Virus record (IMG/VR): IMGVR_UViG_3300045988_012380
Span: 1-29,198 of that record
From: a virus
Strand: one strand, 5' to 3'
DNA: 29,198 nucleotides
The notes beneath the pieces are model-generated. The model did no database searches. It worked only from the letters and a program-made list of their open reading frames with translations, and was not told the DNA's origin. How positions within the stretch are numbered: the first letter of the stretch is position 1; each line of letters opens with the position of its first letter. A program made the translations under genes and the position numbers. Shown one piece after another: positions 15,364-23,524 of the stretch.

Positions 15364-16545
15364 TTAGCCAATTCTAAGCCTATCGTTGTGAACTCTATCT
15401 CCCATTTCGGAACTGAAAGCTTTATATACTGCATTTGCGTGTTTTAGCTTGATTTTGGCTTCTGTACTACCTAATCCTTGATTGTCCAATAAGATTACTT
15501 CCCTTTTTAATGCTCTGATGTTTCTTTCTAATTCTCTTTGATACTGCCTAGCTTCATATCCTTCATATTTTTTCCCTTGGAATGTGAAAGGCTTTGTATC
15601 AATATTCTTTAACTGCTCTTTTGTGTAGGCATAAGGCATATCAATATCCCATACAGGTTGTGCAAAGTGCCTACATCCGTAATCTTTTTCTTCTCCATGT
15701 GTTAACTGAAACAAGCTAGGATATAGTTTCCCTTGCGTGTCGTAGCGTTTACCTTGCCACTTCTTATGAGTAGGTCTTGCATTTGCGTGAGCGTCAAACT
15801 CAAATACAGTAACTCCCATATCTTTTGCACATTTATTGTTAATTTCTTGTGATGATTCCTTTTCTGCGTACTGCATTTGTTGTCTTACCCATACATCTAC
15901 ATTTCTTTTTACTCCTGTATCATATTCAACGATTTTTACGCCACTATTTGCTAACTTTGAAATAGCTTTTCTACAAGAATCATCAATTGTGGATTTACCA
16001 CCTACTACATTCTTAACTTCTTCTTGAACTATCTTGGTAAAGAATACAGGTAGTTTATCTTTACCGATTGCATATGTATTTGCGTTTGATTTTATGTACT
16101 TCTTACAACGCTTTTCAGTGTCCTTCTGTGGACTAATATATAAATCCATTTTGAGCTTCTTTTTAATAGGCTTTCCACTTGCTACTTCGATTAAATCAAG
16201 TGTCCCTTGTTTATTTTCTTCAAAATCCTTTTTAGATTCCTTGATTACATCTTTTTTTAGGCTTTTTGATTCTTTTTTCGTAAATTTACGCAAATCTACT
16301 AGTGATTTTGCTAATATCTCATTAAATTTCGCGTTTTCTTCGGTGCTTTTTTCTAAAGCTTCACGAATTTTATTAGAAATGAATATCATCATCCCTAATT
16401 CAAATACACTAGCACGCTTTACGCTTTTTCTTTCTCTTTCTTCAAGCTTTCTTCTTTTCTCTATTTGCTTTTGTAGGTGTTCTTGTTTCCTTTCTTCTTG
16501 CCTTTTTTTACGTTCTTGTTCCCTTTGTTCTTCTTCGCTTAACAT
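15364..16545 (-). CDS. Minor head protein (SPP1 gp7 / Mu F-like)
   Basis: Called by position in the head module, a charged N-terminus and a C-terminal region (HANARPTHKKWQGKRYD...GCRHFAQP) typical of the family. GGAGGG is followed by ATG. Confidence 0.7.
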   Translation of the reverse strand: MLSEEEQREQERKKRQEERKQEHLQKQIEKRRKLEERERKSVKRASVFELGMMIFISNKIREALEKSTEENAKFNEILAKSLVDLRKFTKKESKSLKKDVIKESKKDFEENKQGTLDLIEVASGKPIKKKLKMDLYISPQKDTEKRCKKYIKSNANTYAIGKDKLPVFFTKIVQEEVKNVVGGKSTIDDSCRKAISKLANSGVKIVEYDTGVKRNVDVWVRQQMQYAEKESSQEINNKCAKDMGVTVFEFDAHANARPTHKKWQGKRYDTQGKLYPSLFQLTHGEEKDYGCRHFAQPVWDIDMPYAYTKEQLKNIDTKPFTFQGKKYEGYEARQYQRELERNIRALKREVILLDNQGLGSTEAKIKLKHANAVYKAFSSEMGDRVHNDRLRIG

Positions 16546-16563
16546 TTATATACCCTCCTACAG

Positions 16564-16585
16564 AAAAAGGGCTTAAATGCCCTTT
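16564..16585 (-). terminator. Rho-independent terminator after the SGNH gene, inside the head operon
   Basis: Minus-strand hairpin AAAGGGC-ATTTAA-GCCCTTT is followed by TT(C)T. Confidence 0.55.
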
Positions 16586-16619
16586 AAAACGCTTTTAAAC
16601 TTAATTCTTATTCAGTCAA

Positions 16620-18137
16620 CTAATCCCAATATCCTAACGCTACACCTCTACTATATATACAATTTGCCATTGCGATATAGCCATAGTCATTCAAGTGCAC
16701 ACCGTCTGTTTTTAATTGTGGTGGTATTGCTCCTATTGACATAGCTTCATTATCTTCTTGTGTAGGTGTTAGATTACTATCTAATAATCCATATTTAGAT
16801 ATATATTCTCTTGCGTTCACAAAATGGTTAGAAAACCTTGACGCTAATATGATTTCTTCGACATTTTTATCATTTGCATTACCTGTTGGTATTCCGACAA
16901 CAATATATCTTTCAGAACCATTATGCTCAACCATCCTTTGAATGATATCAGCTAACGCTTCCGGTCTGCTCGTTTGTGCTGCCCAACCGTTTTGCCCTAT
17001 GCAAATAATAGCCACATGACCTACTCCTTCTCCCTCTGCGAAAGCAATAGTTGGTCTGCTATATTCTTTGCCTAAAAGTGAACCATCTGCACAAACTAAA
17101 TTCAAAGAACCGCCGTCACCTCTTCTAAACATCCACTTATCTCTTCCGTTTAGATAAACATTACCATTCCCATGATATTTGCCCGAATACGACATTGTTT
17201 CTAATGACGCACCATTAATACTTTTTATTGTTACTTTATTATAGTCACTAGCATTTGCACCCGCTGTAAACGGAAGCACAATAGCCCCCATGCCACCTTG
17301 CCGGAAAGCTATTACTTCTGCGGTTTCAGAACCTTGCCCGTAGTTATTAACAACAAATTGTTCTCCAATTAACTCCTGGAGTTTTTTTGGATACGGATAA
17401 TTTGTTGCACCTGCACCTTGCGTTAATGAATCCCCCCAACAATCTATAATTGTATAATTCGTTGATGCTCGTTCAATTTTTCCTTTCACATCATTTGACA
17501 AATTATCCCATGTTATCGCTTCTGGTTTTATTTCGATTTTTGATATAAAGTTTGTTTGTTCTTCTGATTCAACTAATACTTTTATATCGTCACTGGTCTG
17601 AGCAACAAATAATTTTATGCACTGGCAATTAAATGTATTTGTTTCAGGTATTTGATTATTGAAATATAATTGCACACCAACTTTTCCGCTTTTTTCAGCT
17701 ATAAAATTATAACATATTGAGAATTCACTATTATTTTTTATAGCTCTTAAAGGAGCACTCTTCCAACCGCCTGCATCCACAGCATATATCATTCTTGCAT
17801 ATACATAACCTTGAACCCAGTTTATTAAATTTGTGATTTTAAATTTCACATAGATGAAATATGGTTTTCCTTCTTCGACATCAATATAATTTTCATTTAC
17901 ATAAACAGTACCATTACCATTATTAATATTCACATCTTGAATATTCGTATTGATATTAAACAAATTCGTGTATTTTGTTCTTATATCATTTAAATCTTCC
18001 TTCAGTTGACCAACTCCTAGTGCTTCATCTAACTGTTGAACAGTACCTTTTTTAGTTCCGCTTGTATCTTCTATAATCATTATATCTTCTTTTTTTATGC
18101 CGTTTGAACTAGGCAATTCTTCTATCTTTAATCCTAT
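16620..18137 (-). CDS. Fibre/spike-type protein with a C-terminal SGNH (GDSL) esterase domain
   Basis: The track ORF is 16620..18116 with a TTG start. It has a GDSL block (IIDCWGDSLTQGAG) and a C-terminal DGVHLN (DxxH) block. ATA 18137-18135 lies 7 nt after GGAGG (18149-18145) and is the second codon after the upstream TAG. Confidence 0.7.
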   Translation of the reverse strand: MGLKIEELPSSNGIKKEDIMIIEDTSGTKKGTVQQLDEALGVGQLKEDLNDIRTKYTNLFNINTNIQDVNINNGNGTVYVNENYIDVEEGKPYFIYVKFKITNLINWVQGYVYARMIYAVDAGGWKSAPLRAIKNNSEFSICYNFIAEKSGKVGVQLYFNNQIPETNTFNCQCIKLFVAQTSDDIKVLVESEEQTNFISKIEIKPEAITWDNLSNDVKGKIERASTNYTIIDCWGDSLTQGAGATNYPYPKKLQELIGEQFVVNNYGQGSETAEVIAFRQGGMGAIVLPFTAGANASDYNKVTIKSINGASLETMSYSGKYHGNGNVYLNGRDKWMFRRGDGGSLNLVCADGSLLGKEYSRPTIAFAEGEGVGHVAIICIGQNGWAAQTSRPEALADIIQRMVEHNGSERYIVVGIPTGNANDKNVEEIILASRFSNHFVNAREYISKYGLLDSNLTPTQEDNEAMSIGAIPPQLKTDGVHLNDYGYIAMANCIYSRGVALGYWD

Positions 18138-18140
18138 TTG

Positions 18141-19529
18141 CTAACCTCCATAATTGATATTTACTTTAATATCATTTCCATTATTGAAATATATCTTCTT
18201 AACTTTTTTTATAAAGCCGTTATCGTTGTACCATACTTTTGCTTGACTTAATTTTTTTGTATCATGAATTATTTTTGCTAACAGAACATTCCCTTTTTTA
18301 TCTGTTATTTCAAACCCATCCTTATTTAAGATAGCTTCTTGATAATCAATACGATGATATGCTATCTTTGCTTGGTCTGCAGGCGTTACAAATCCCACAC
18401 TTGCATAATCTGAAGAAGTACCAAAATCGTCTACAATTCTAATATAGAATGTATATCTAGTTTCCGGTGCTAAATCATCCACAACTAACTTTGTCTGTGT
18501 TTGTAAATCCTTCCAAATTCTTCCATCATATGAATACTGATAATAATATGATGTTGCTCCTTCTTTAACTTCGAACCCACTCCAAGTAAATGTAGCACCG
18601 AAAGGATTCAAATCTGTATAAGTTACAGTTCCTTTGGTAGGTTTATCCGGTTTATTAGTTTTAAAAACTACTTTTACTGAATCAGAAGGTGTGCTAAAGT
18701 TATCAACGATTCTTACATAATATGTATATTCGGTATTAGGACTTAATCTTGATACTTCAAATCCTGTCCCTTTTGACCTATCTATCCAATTATTATCATC
18801 AGTAGATGATTGATAATAATAATCTGTTGCACCTTCTTGAATGCTAAATCCACTCCATAAAATATAAGCAGATTTATAAGTAATATTAGAAGCTTCTACC
18901 TTTCCTGCTTTTGGCTTGTTTGGTTTCTGAGTCTTTATAAATTTGCTAACAGGATTTTCTAAAAGTACACTTGCATCTCCTCGGTATCTTACATAGCAAT
19001 TTACCTCGTATTCTTTGTTTGGGGTTAATCCCTCAAATTTTCCTTCAGTGCCGATTTTAGAAGTCTTATCCAAAGTTGCTTTAATTGTGTAAAAACTGTA
19101 AGGATTTGATTCCAAAGTAGCTTTATAACTTACAGAATTATAAGTACTGCTTAATTCAATATCTTTGATTTTCGGTATAGATATAGTAGCTGATTCAGTT
19201 TGCGAACCACTTGCAGAAATATTTCCGAAGCTAGTACTAAAATGTATATTTCTAGAATCTTTTCTATTATTCGTCGCAAATGTATATTCTAGCGTTCCAC
19301 TAGCTAATGCCCACGTTCCTGCTCCACCCACATTTATATTTACGCTATGGCTATTATAACCAAAGTTAAGAATGGCTCCATTGTACTGCGTTGAGTTTGC
19401 AGAATAAGCGTGTTGCAAATAAATTGTATATGAAACTTTATGTTTAATATTAGGATATGTTCCTTCTATGTAATTGCTACAATCTACACGAAAGCTAATT
19501 CCATGTATACTTGTATAATAAGTAGCCAT
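18141..19529 (-). CDS. Structural protein with three fibronectin type III-like repeats
   Basis: AGAGGTG is followed by ATG. Residues about 119-201, 202-291 and 292-382 each end with a Y.Y.VR/IRIVD-type FN3 signature. Repeats 2 and 3 are clearly paralogous. Confidence 0.7.
   Translation of the reverse strand: MATYYTSIHGISFRVDCSNYIEGTYPNIKHKVSYTIYLQHAYSANSTQYNGAILNFGYNSHSVNINVGGAGTWALASGTLEYTFATNNRKDSRNIHFSTSFGNISASGSQTESATISIPKIKDIELSSTYNSVSYKATLESNPYSFYTIKATLDKTSKIGTEGKFEGLTPNKEYEVNCYVRYRGDASVLLENPVSKFIKTQKPNKPKAGKVEASNITYKSAYILWSGFSIQEGATDYYYQSSTDDNNWIDRSKGTGFEVSRLSPNTEYTYYVRIVDNFSTPSDSVKVVFKTNKPDKPTKGTVTYTDLNPFGATFTWSGFEVKEGATSYYYQYSYDGRIWKDLQTQTKLVVDDLAPETRYTFYIRIVDDFGTSSDYASVGFVTPADQAKIAYHRIDYQEAILNKDGFEITDKKGNVLLAKIIHDTKKLSQAKVWYNDNGFIKKVKKIYFNNGNDIKVNINYGG
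18384..18926 (-). repeat. Tandem coding repeat of about 270 bp (FN3 units 2 and 3)
   Basis: The peptides KPNKPKAGKV..WSGFSIQEGATDYYYQ..YYVRIVDNFSTPSDSVKVVFKT and NKPDKPTKGTV..WSGFEVKEGATSYYYQ..FYIRIVDDFGTSSDYASVGFVT are clearly paralogous. Confidence 0.7.
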
Positions 19530-19532
19530 AAA

Positions 19533-20294
19533 CTACACCTCTAACTGAAAGTAGAAATATCCGGCAGGACAAGTTTCTAAAGTTGGTACATCTGTACCTA
19601 TCTTGTATTTAATTTCCTGCTTTGCTTTTAGCTCTGATTGTTCTTTTTCCAAATCTTGAATCATTAAAAGAAGCTTTCCTCCTTCTCCTTCTCCAAGAAC
19701 ATCTTTAACAACTGCGAACCAATCATCCCATGCCTTTTGATTCTCTTGTATAGCTTTCGCATATTCTTTTTTCGCTTCTGCGATTGCTTCTGCAAATTGA
19801 TTAAAGAATTGTGTTGTATCTATTTGCTTGATTGCATTTGTAACAACTCCACATCTACTTGAATCTAATCTCGTATCAGTAATATCTGAGCCTTTAATTT
19901 CTGTTGAGTTACCTTGTGCCTTTACAGTTGCTAGAACTAAATCATATATAGAATCTGTTCTAGTGATTGATTCACTAGCTACTACACTAATATTTCTATA
20001 AGAGTCATTGTCGTTTAATCTCAATACAATGTTATAAGTCTTTGTGGAGCTAGAGCTTGATAATGTGATGGTTTCGTCATCTTTCTGCCAATAGAAAGCA
20101 CCATTAATATTTGCTCTTCCTGCTTTTACTGTAAGCGTTAATCCTTGAGCTTTCTCAACTCTCAAATGGTCTGAACTAGAATCATCTACGAACACGCCAT
20201 TTGTAAAGTAGCTTGAGAATAATCTTCTGAAAGCGTCATATAATACTAATCTATCACCATTTCTTGAGACGAATGGAAAATATGTAGTTGCTAT
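19533..20294 (-). CDS. Fibre/receptor-binding-type structural protein (conserved N-terminal ..DR..LYDAF..F..YFTNGVF motif)
   Basis: The track ORF is 19533..20195 with a GTG start. The frame is open for 33 more codons with no ATG, GTG or TTG, and it encodes the motif-bearing N-terminus. ATA 20294-20292 lies 10 nt after AGGAGG (20310-20305) and overlaps the portal TAG as ATAG. Confidence 0.55.
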   Translation of the reverse strand: MATTYFPFVSRNGDRLVLYDAFRRLFSSYFTNGVFVDDSSSDHLRVEKAQGLTLTVKAGRANINGAFYWQKDDETITLSSSSSTKTYNIVLRLNDNDSYRNISVVASESITRTDSIYDLVLATVKAQGNSTEIKGSDITDTRLDSSRCGVVTNAIKQIDTTQFFNQFAEAIAEAKKEYAKAIQENQKAWDDWFAVVKDVLGEGEGGKLLLMIQDLEKEQSELKAKQEIKYKIGTDVPTLETCPAGYFYFQLEV

Positions 20295-21694
20295 TCTTCT
20301 TCATCCTCCTCTCCATCATCTTGAATTTCTTCATTTAATAACTCCGTAGCTTCTTCTTCAGTGAATCCGTATTGTTTCATGAAGTACATAATCTTTAATC
20401 TTGGAATATCAAATGTTAATGCGTCATTTCTTAACGCTTGTGCCGTGCTTTGCTTATCCTCGATATATGTATCATCATAATCAATTGCGATGTCTAATGA
20501 ATTGATATTAAGCTTTCTGCCTTGCGTTAATTCATAGAAGTATGCTATTGCTTGAATAATATCTTGAATATATGCAGTAGACTCTTTACGTTGTGAATTT
20601 ACTTCCTTCATAGCGTCTTGATTCTCACCGATATATTCTGTTGCCGTTACGATTCTTCCACTTTCAAATGTGTATTTCTTTGTACCGAATCCAAACATCA
20701 TAGATAAGATACTTAATGCGGTTTCTAGTGATTGCACAACTTCTGCCATTCTAACTGTTGGATTGTATTCCTGCCATAAAGCTTTTTCTTCCGGTAATTT
20801 GTCTCTACCTAATTGCACGAAAATATTCTTTAATTGTGGATTCTGTTTAACTTTTCCATCTTTGTCTTTTTGCATTAATGCTTCATTCACAAGAACGATT
20901 TTGTCAGATTTCAACAAATCTCGATTCCACATTGTCATTGTTAGGTCAATTGTTTTTAGTGGAGCAATTGCACTCCAAATCTTCGGTAATCCGTACCCTT
21001 GCATTTGCAAGTTGTTGACCTTTGCATTTCTCATAATTGCAAATGGCTTAACCACATCTAATTGAACAATTTGAGCACGGTCTTTTATCTCTTCGCCTGT
21101 TTCTTTAAAGTAATGTGTTTCTGCAATATATCTTTCGTCTTGTCCTTTTAAGAACATTACCATCACATATACTTTTTTTAGTTTCTCGTAATTTACTCCA
21201 ACGAATGCCACTTCCACAATTTCATCATTAATAACAGTTAGTGGAAGGATATTCATGGAATCACAATAGTTGATTCTGATTTCTCCTCCACTGAATGTAC
21301 CATCTTCATAAATCTCGGCATTCGATACCGTTACATAAGCACCTACAGTACCATTTGCAGACATTTGCTCAACCTGTTTCCTGTACATAACATCAAATCT
21401 ATTCTTTGTTAGAATATCTGAAATAATGTCATTTGTGACGCTATCCTCTGTAGCGTTTATATCTAGGATTTCAATAAGGTTTGCGTCATCCTCACATAAA
21501 CGCTTAGCAAAGTCTGTTTTATCAAGCGTGTATTCCTCATTGTTCAAGGTGTATGCCGTATGAAATTCTGTTTCGGTATTTGTATACCATTTGTTGCACA
21601 ATTCAATAATCTCAATTGCGTTTGTGTCAACATAATACCCTCTATCGTTTAGGTAATTCTGAAACCACGGTCTGCGTGTGTTAGATGTTTCTAT
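20291..21694 (-). CDS. Portal protein (SPP1 Gp6-like)
   Basis: The track ORF is 20291..21601 with a TTG start and no SD. It follows TerL and has an acidic C-terminus. The frame is open for 31 more codons (..RRPWFQNYLNDRGYYVDTNAIEIIEL..) with no canonical start. ATA 21694-21692 lies 6 nt after AAGGAGG (21707-21701). Confidence 0.85.
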   Translation of the reverse strand: METSNTRRPWFQNYLNDRGYYVDTNAIEIIELCNKWYTNTETEFHTAYTLNNEEYTLDKTDFAKRLCEDDANLIEILDINATEDSVTNDIISDILTKNRFDVMYRKQVEQMSANGTVGAYVTVSNAEIYEDGTFSGGEIRINYCDSMNILPLTVINDEIVEVAFVGVNYEKLKKVYVMVMFLKGQDERYIAETHYFKETGEEIKDRAQIVQLDVVKPFAIMRNAKVNNLQMQGYGLPKIWSAIAPLKTIDLTMTMWNRDLLKSDKIVLVNEALMQKDKDGKVKQNPQLKNIFVQLGRDKLPEEKALWQEYNPTVRMAEVVQSLETALSILSMMFGFGTKKYTFESGRIVTATEYIGENQDAMKEVNSQRKESTAYIQDIIQAIAYFYELTQGRKLNINSLDIAIDYDDTYIEDKQSTAQALRNDALTFDIPRLKIMYFMKQYGFTEEEATELLNEEIQDDGEEDEEE

Positions 21695-21697
21695 TTC

Positions 21698-23035
21698 TTA
21701 CCTCCTTAAATCTATATATCCACTATGGGTTATAAATGTATAGCAGAACGAATCCCAATCATCATTAATATTGTTTACGTTCTCATCTTTTGGGATGTCT
21801 TCCTTTTCATCCCATACTAATTCGCTCAATGCGTTTATCAAATTCTTACAATGTTCTTCTATCTTTAGCCTTCCTGTAACAAGTAAGCTATCAACTGTTA
21901 TAGGACGGTCTGTAAGCTCATTCTTTTTGACCGGTGCAATTATACTTCCGTCTAATCCTTCGGCGTAAAAATAAGCTCTAAGCGTGTTTATCAACGTATT
22001 AGAAGCACTGTCCGGAAATATCCACTCGATATATCCATAGCTTTCAATACAACGCTTATAGAACCTTACAAATGCTTTGCAAAACTTTGTTGCGTCTATT
22101 GCATTTGACTTTGCCATATCTCCTTCATCGAGCACCCACATATAATCCCAATCATTTGTAAATCCTGTTAAGTGCCACGAATATTTCGAGCCATTGTCTC
22201 CAAAGTCAACGCCTATGATTAAATGACTGAACCTTTTTCCTTGCTCCTTCATCTTCTCTTTTAAACGTTGATATTTGAATAGGTAAGGTTTGCAGTCATT
22301 AGCGAAATAAGGGAACACAAGTCCTTCAGCAACCATTCTTTCACCTAGAATATCTCTCTTGTACCATACAGAGTTTCTATCATATTTACTTTGAATTTCT
22401 TCGATTCTTTCTTGGCTCATTGTGGCATTGTCAAATATATTGAAATGCTCATACCTATACCAATCAAATCCCATGAATTTATCTATGTAATTCTTATAGA
22501 TGTCTGCATTTGGGTTTGATGGGTTTAAATCCCATAATGTAAATGGATGTGCGCTTGCAATCTGTCTTGCCATAGCTACCTTGATAAAGCTTGTTCTAGA
22601 ATCCTCACAATCGTAATGCTCATTTATTTCGGTAGCTATCCATCCACCATATGAGTTACCTAATATGCTCTTATATGAATCAGACTTTCCACCACCTGTA
22701 AATATCACTATCTTTTCGCCTGTCTTTGTTTGAACAAATAGTGCTTCGTTTGATTTGTATTTACCCCAACGACACCGCCCACGAAAGATATGCTCTAAGC
22801 CGAAACCATTGCAATCGCCTATATTTAATTTCGCATTCGGTAAGCTTGACCCACTCGCTAAATGTATTTTATCTTCACATGTTTCCAAATACATTGAAAA
22901 GATTATGCAGTGGTCAATCGTCTTGCCACTTCGTACCGCTCCTTCTGCTACACTTTGTTTGTAATTTAGGGCGGTCTTAATATAGTTCTTATGCTTATCT
23001 GAAAATTTCCCCCAAGGAATCGTTCTAGTCATCAT
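21698..23035 (-). CDS. terL: Terminase large subunit
   Basis: Walker A-like GAVRSGKT is present. Size and position fit. ATG start with an ATGA overlap on the TerS stop. Confidence 0.9.
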   Translation of the reverse strand: MMTRTIPWGKFSDKHKNYIKTALNYKQSVAEGAVRSGKTIDHCIIFSMYLETCEDKIHLASGSSLPNAKLNIGDCNGFGLEHIFRGRCRWGKYKSNEALFVQTKTGEKIVIFTGGGKSDSYKSILGNSYGGWIATEINEHYDCEDSRTSFIKVAMARQIASAHPFTLWDLNPSNPNADIYKNYIDKFMGFDWYRYEHFNIFDNATMSQERIEEIQSKYDRNSVWYKRDILGERMVAEGLVFPYFANDCKPYLFKYQRLKEKMKEQGKRFSHLIIGVDFGDNGSKYSWHLTGFTNDWDYMWVLDEGDMAKSNAIDATKFCKAFVRFYKRCIESYGYIEWIFPDSASNTLINTLRAYFYAEGLDGSIIAPVKKNELTDRPITVDSLLVTGRLKIEEHCKNLINALSELVWDEKEDIPKDENVNNINDDWDSFCYTFITHSGYIDLRR

Positions 23036-23373
23036 TTTAATAAATCTGCCAAAGGTGTTAAGTCCTCAATCTCATGTGTCATTGTTTGCTCAACCTTTTC
23101 GGTCTGTCCAAGCATTTGTTTACCTAACCAAATAAGCATGGTCGTATTCCCTTTTGAAGCTTTGTCAAATTGCATACGTCTTAAACTTCTTTTTGAGTGG
23201 CTTATACCTCTTTTATATGTCTGACAAAACTTTTTATTTCTTAATAATGTTCTTACTGAACATCCTAGGAAATCTGCAATTTCTTCTTGAGTACATCCAA
23301 TAGAAGCAAGCTTTTCAACTGCTTCATAATCAATCTTTATTCTTGGACGTCCTCCTGCGTGTTTCTCTGCTAT
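23032..23373 (-). CDS. terS: Terminase small subunit (HTH)
   Basis: The track ORF is 23032..23397. The sequence GGRPRIKIDYEAVEKLASIGCTQEEIADFLGCSVRTL is typical of TerS. ATG 23397 has no SD and overlaps a 49-aa ORF. ATA 23373-23371 lies 7 nt after AGGGGG and 1 nt after that ORF's stop. Confidence 0.75.
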   Translation of the reverse strand: MAEKHAGGRPRIKIDYEAVEKLASIGCTQEEIADFLGCSVRTLLRNKKFCQTYKRGISHSKRSLRRMQFDKASKGNTTMLIWLGKQMLGQTEKVEQTMTHEIEDLTPLADLLK

Positions 23374-23374
23374 T

Positions 23375-23524
23375 TTAATACCCCCTGTAACAATCATATT
23401 GATTCAATTGCTTTTTAAGCCTTTGTAATCTTTTTCTTAAATCTCTTTTTCTGTATTCTGATGTCGTGTTTTGTAGTTCTTCTTCAACGCTTTTCATTTG
23501 GCGTAAATGTTCTTCTCTAGACAT
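23375..23524 (-). CDS. Micro-ORF, 49-aa basic coiled-coil peptide
   Basis: Not in the track. ATG 23524 overlaps the end of the radical-SAM gene. The peptide is MSREEHLRQMKSVEEELQNTTSEYRKRDLRKRLQRLKKQLNQYDCYRGY. Confidence 0.3.
   Translation of the reverse strand: MSREEHLRQMKSVEEELQNTTSEYRKRDLRKRLQRLKKQLNQYDCYRGY

Noticed and set aside
3088-23373. ATA starts as sequencing or assembly errors (ATG misread as ATA)
   Set aside because: Eleven independent identical G-to-A errors, all exactly at start codons and only in late genes, are implausible. This can still be checked against raw reads.
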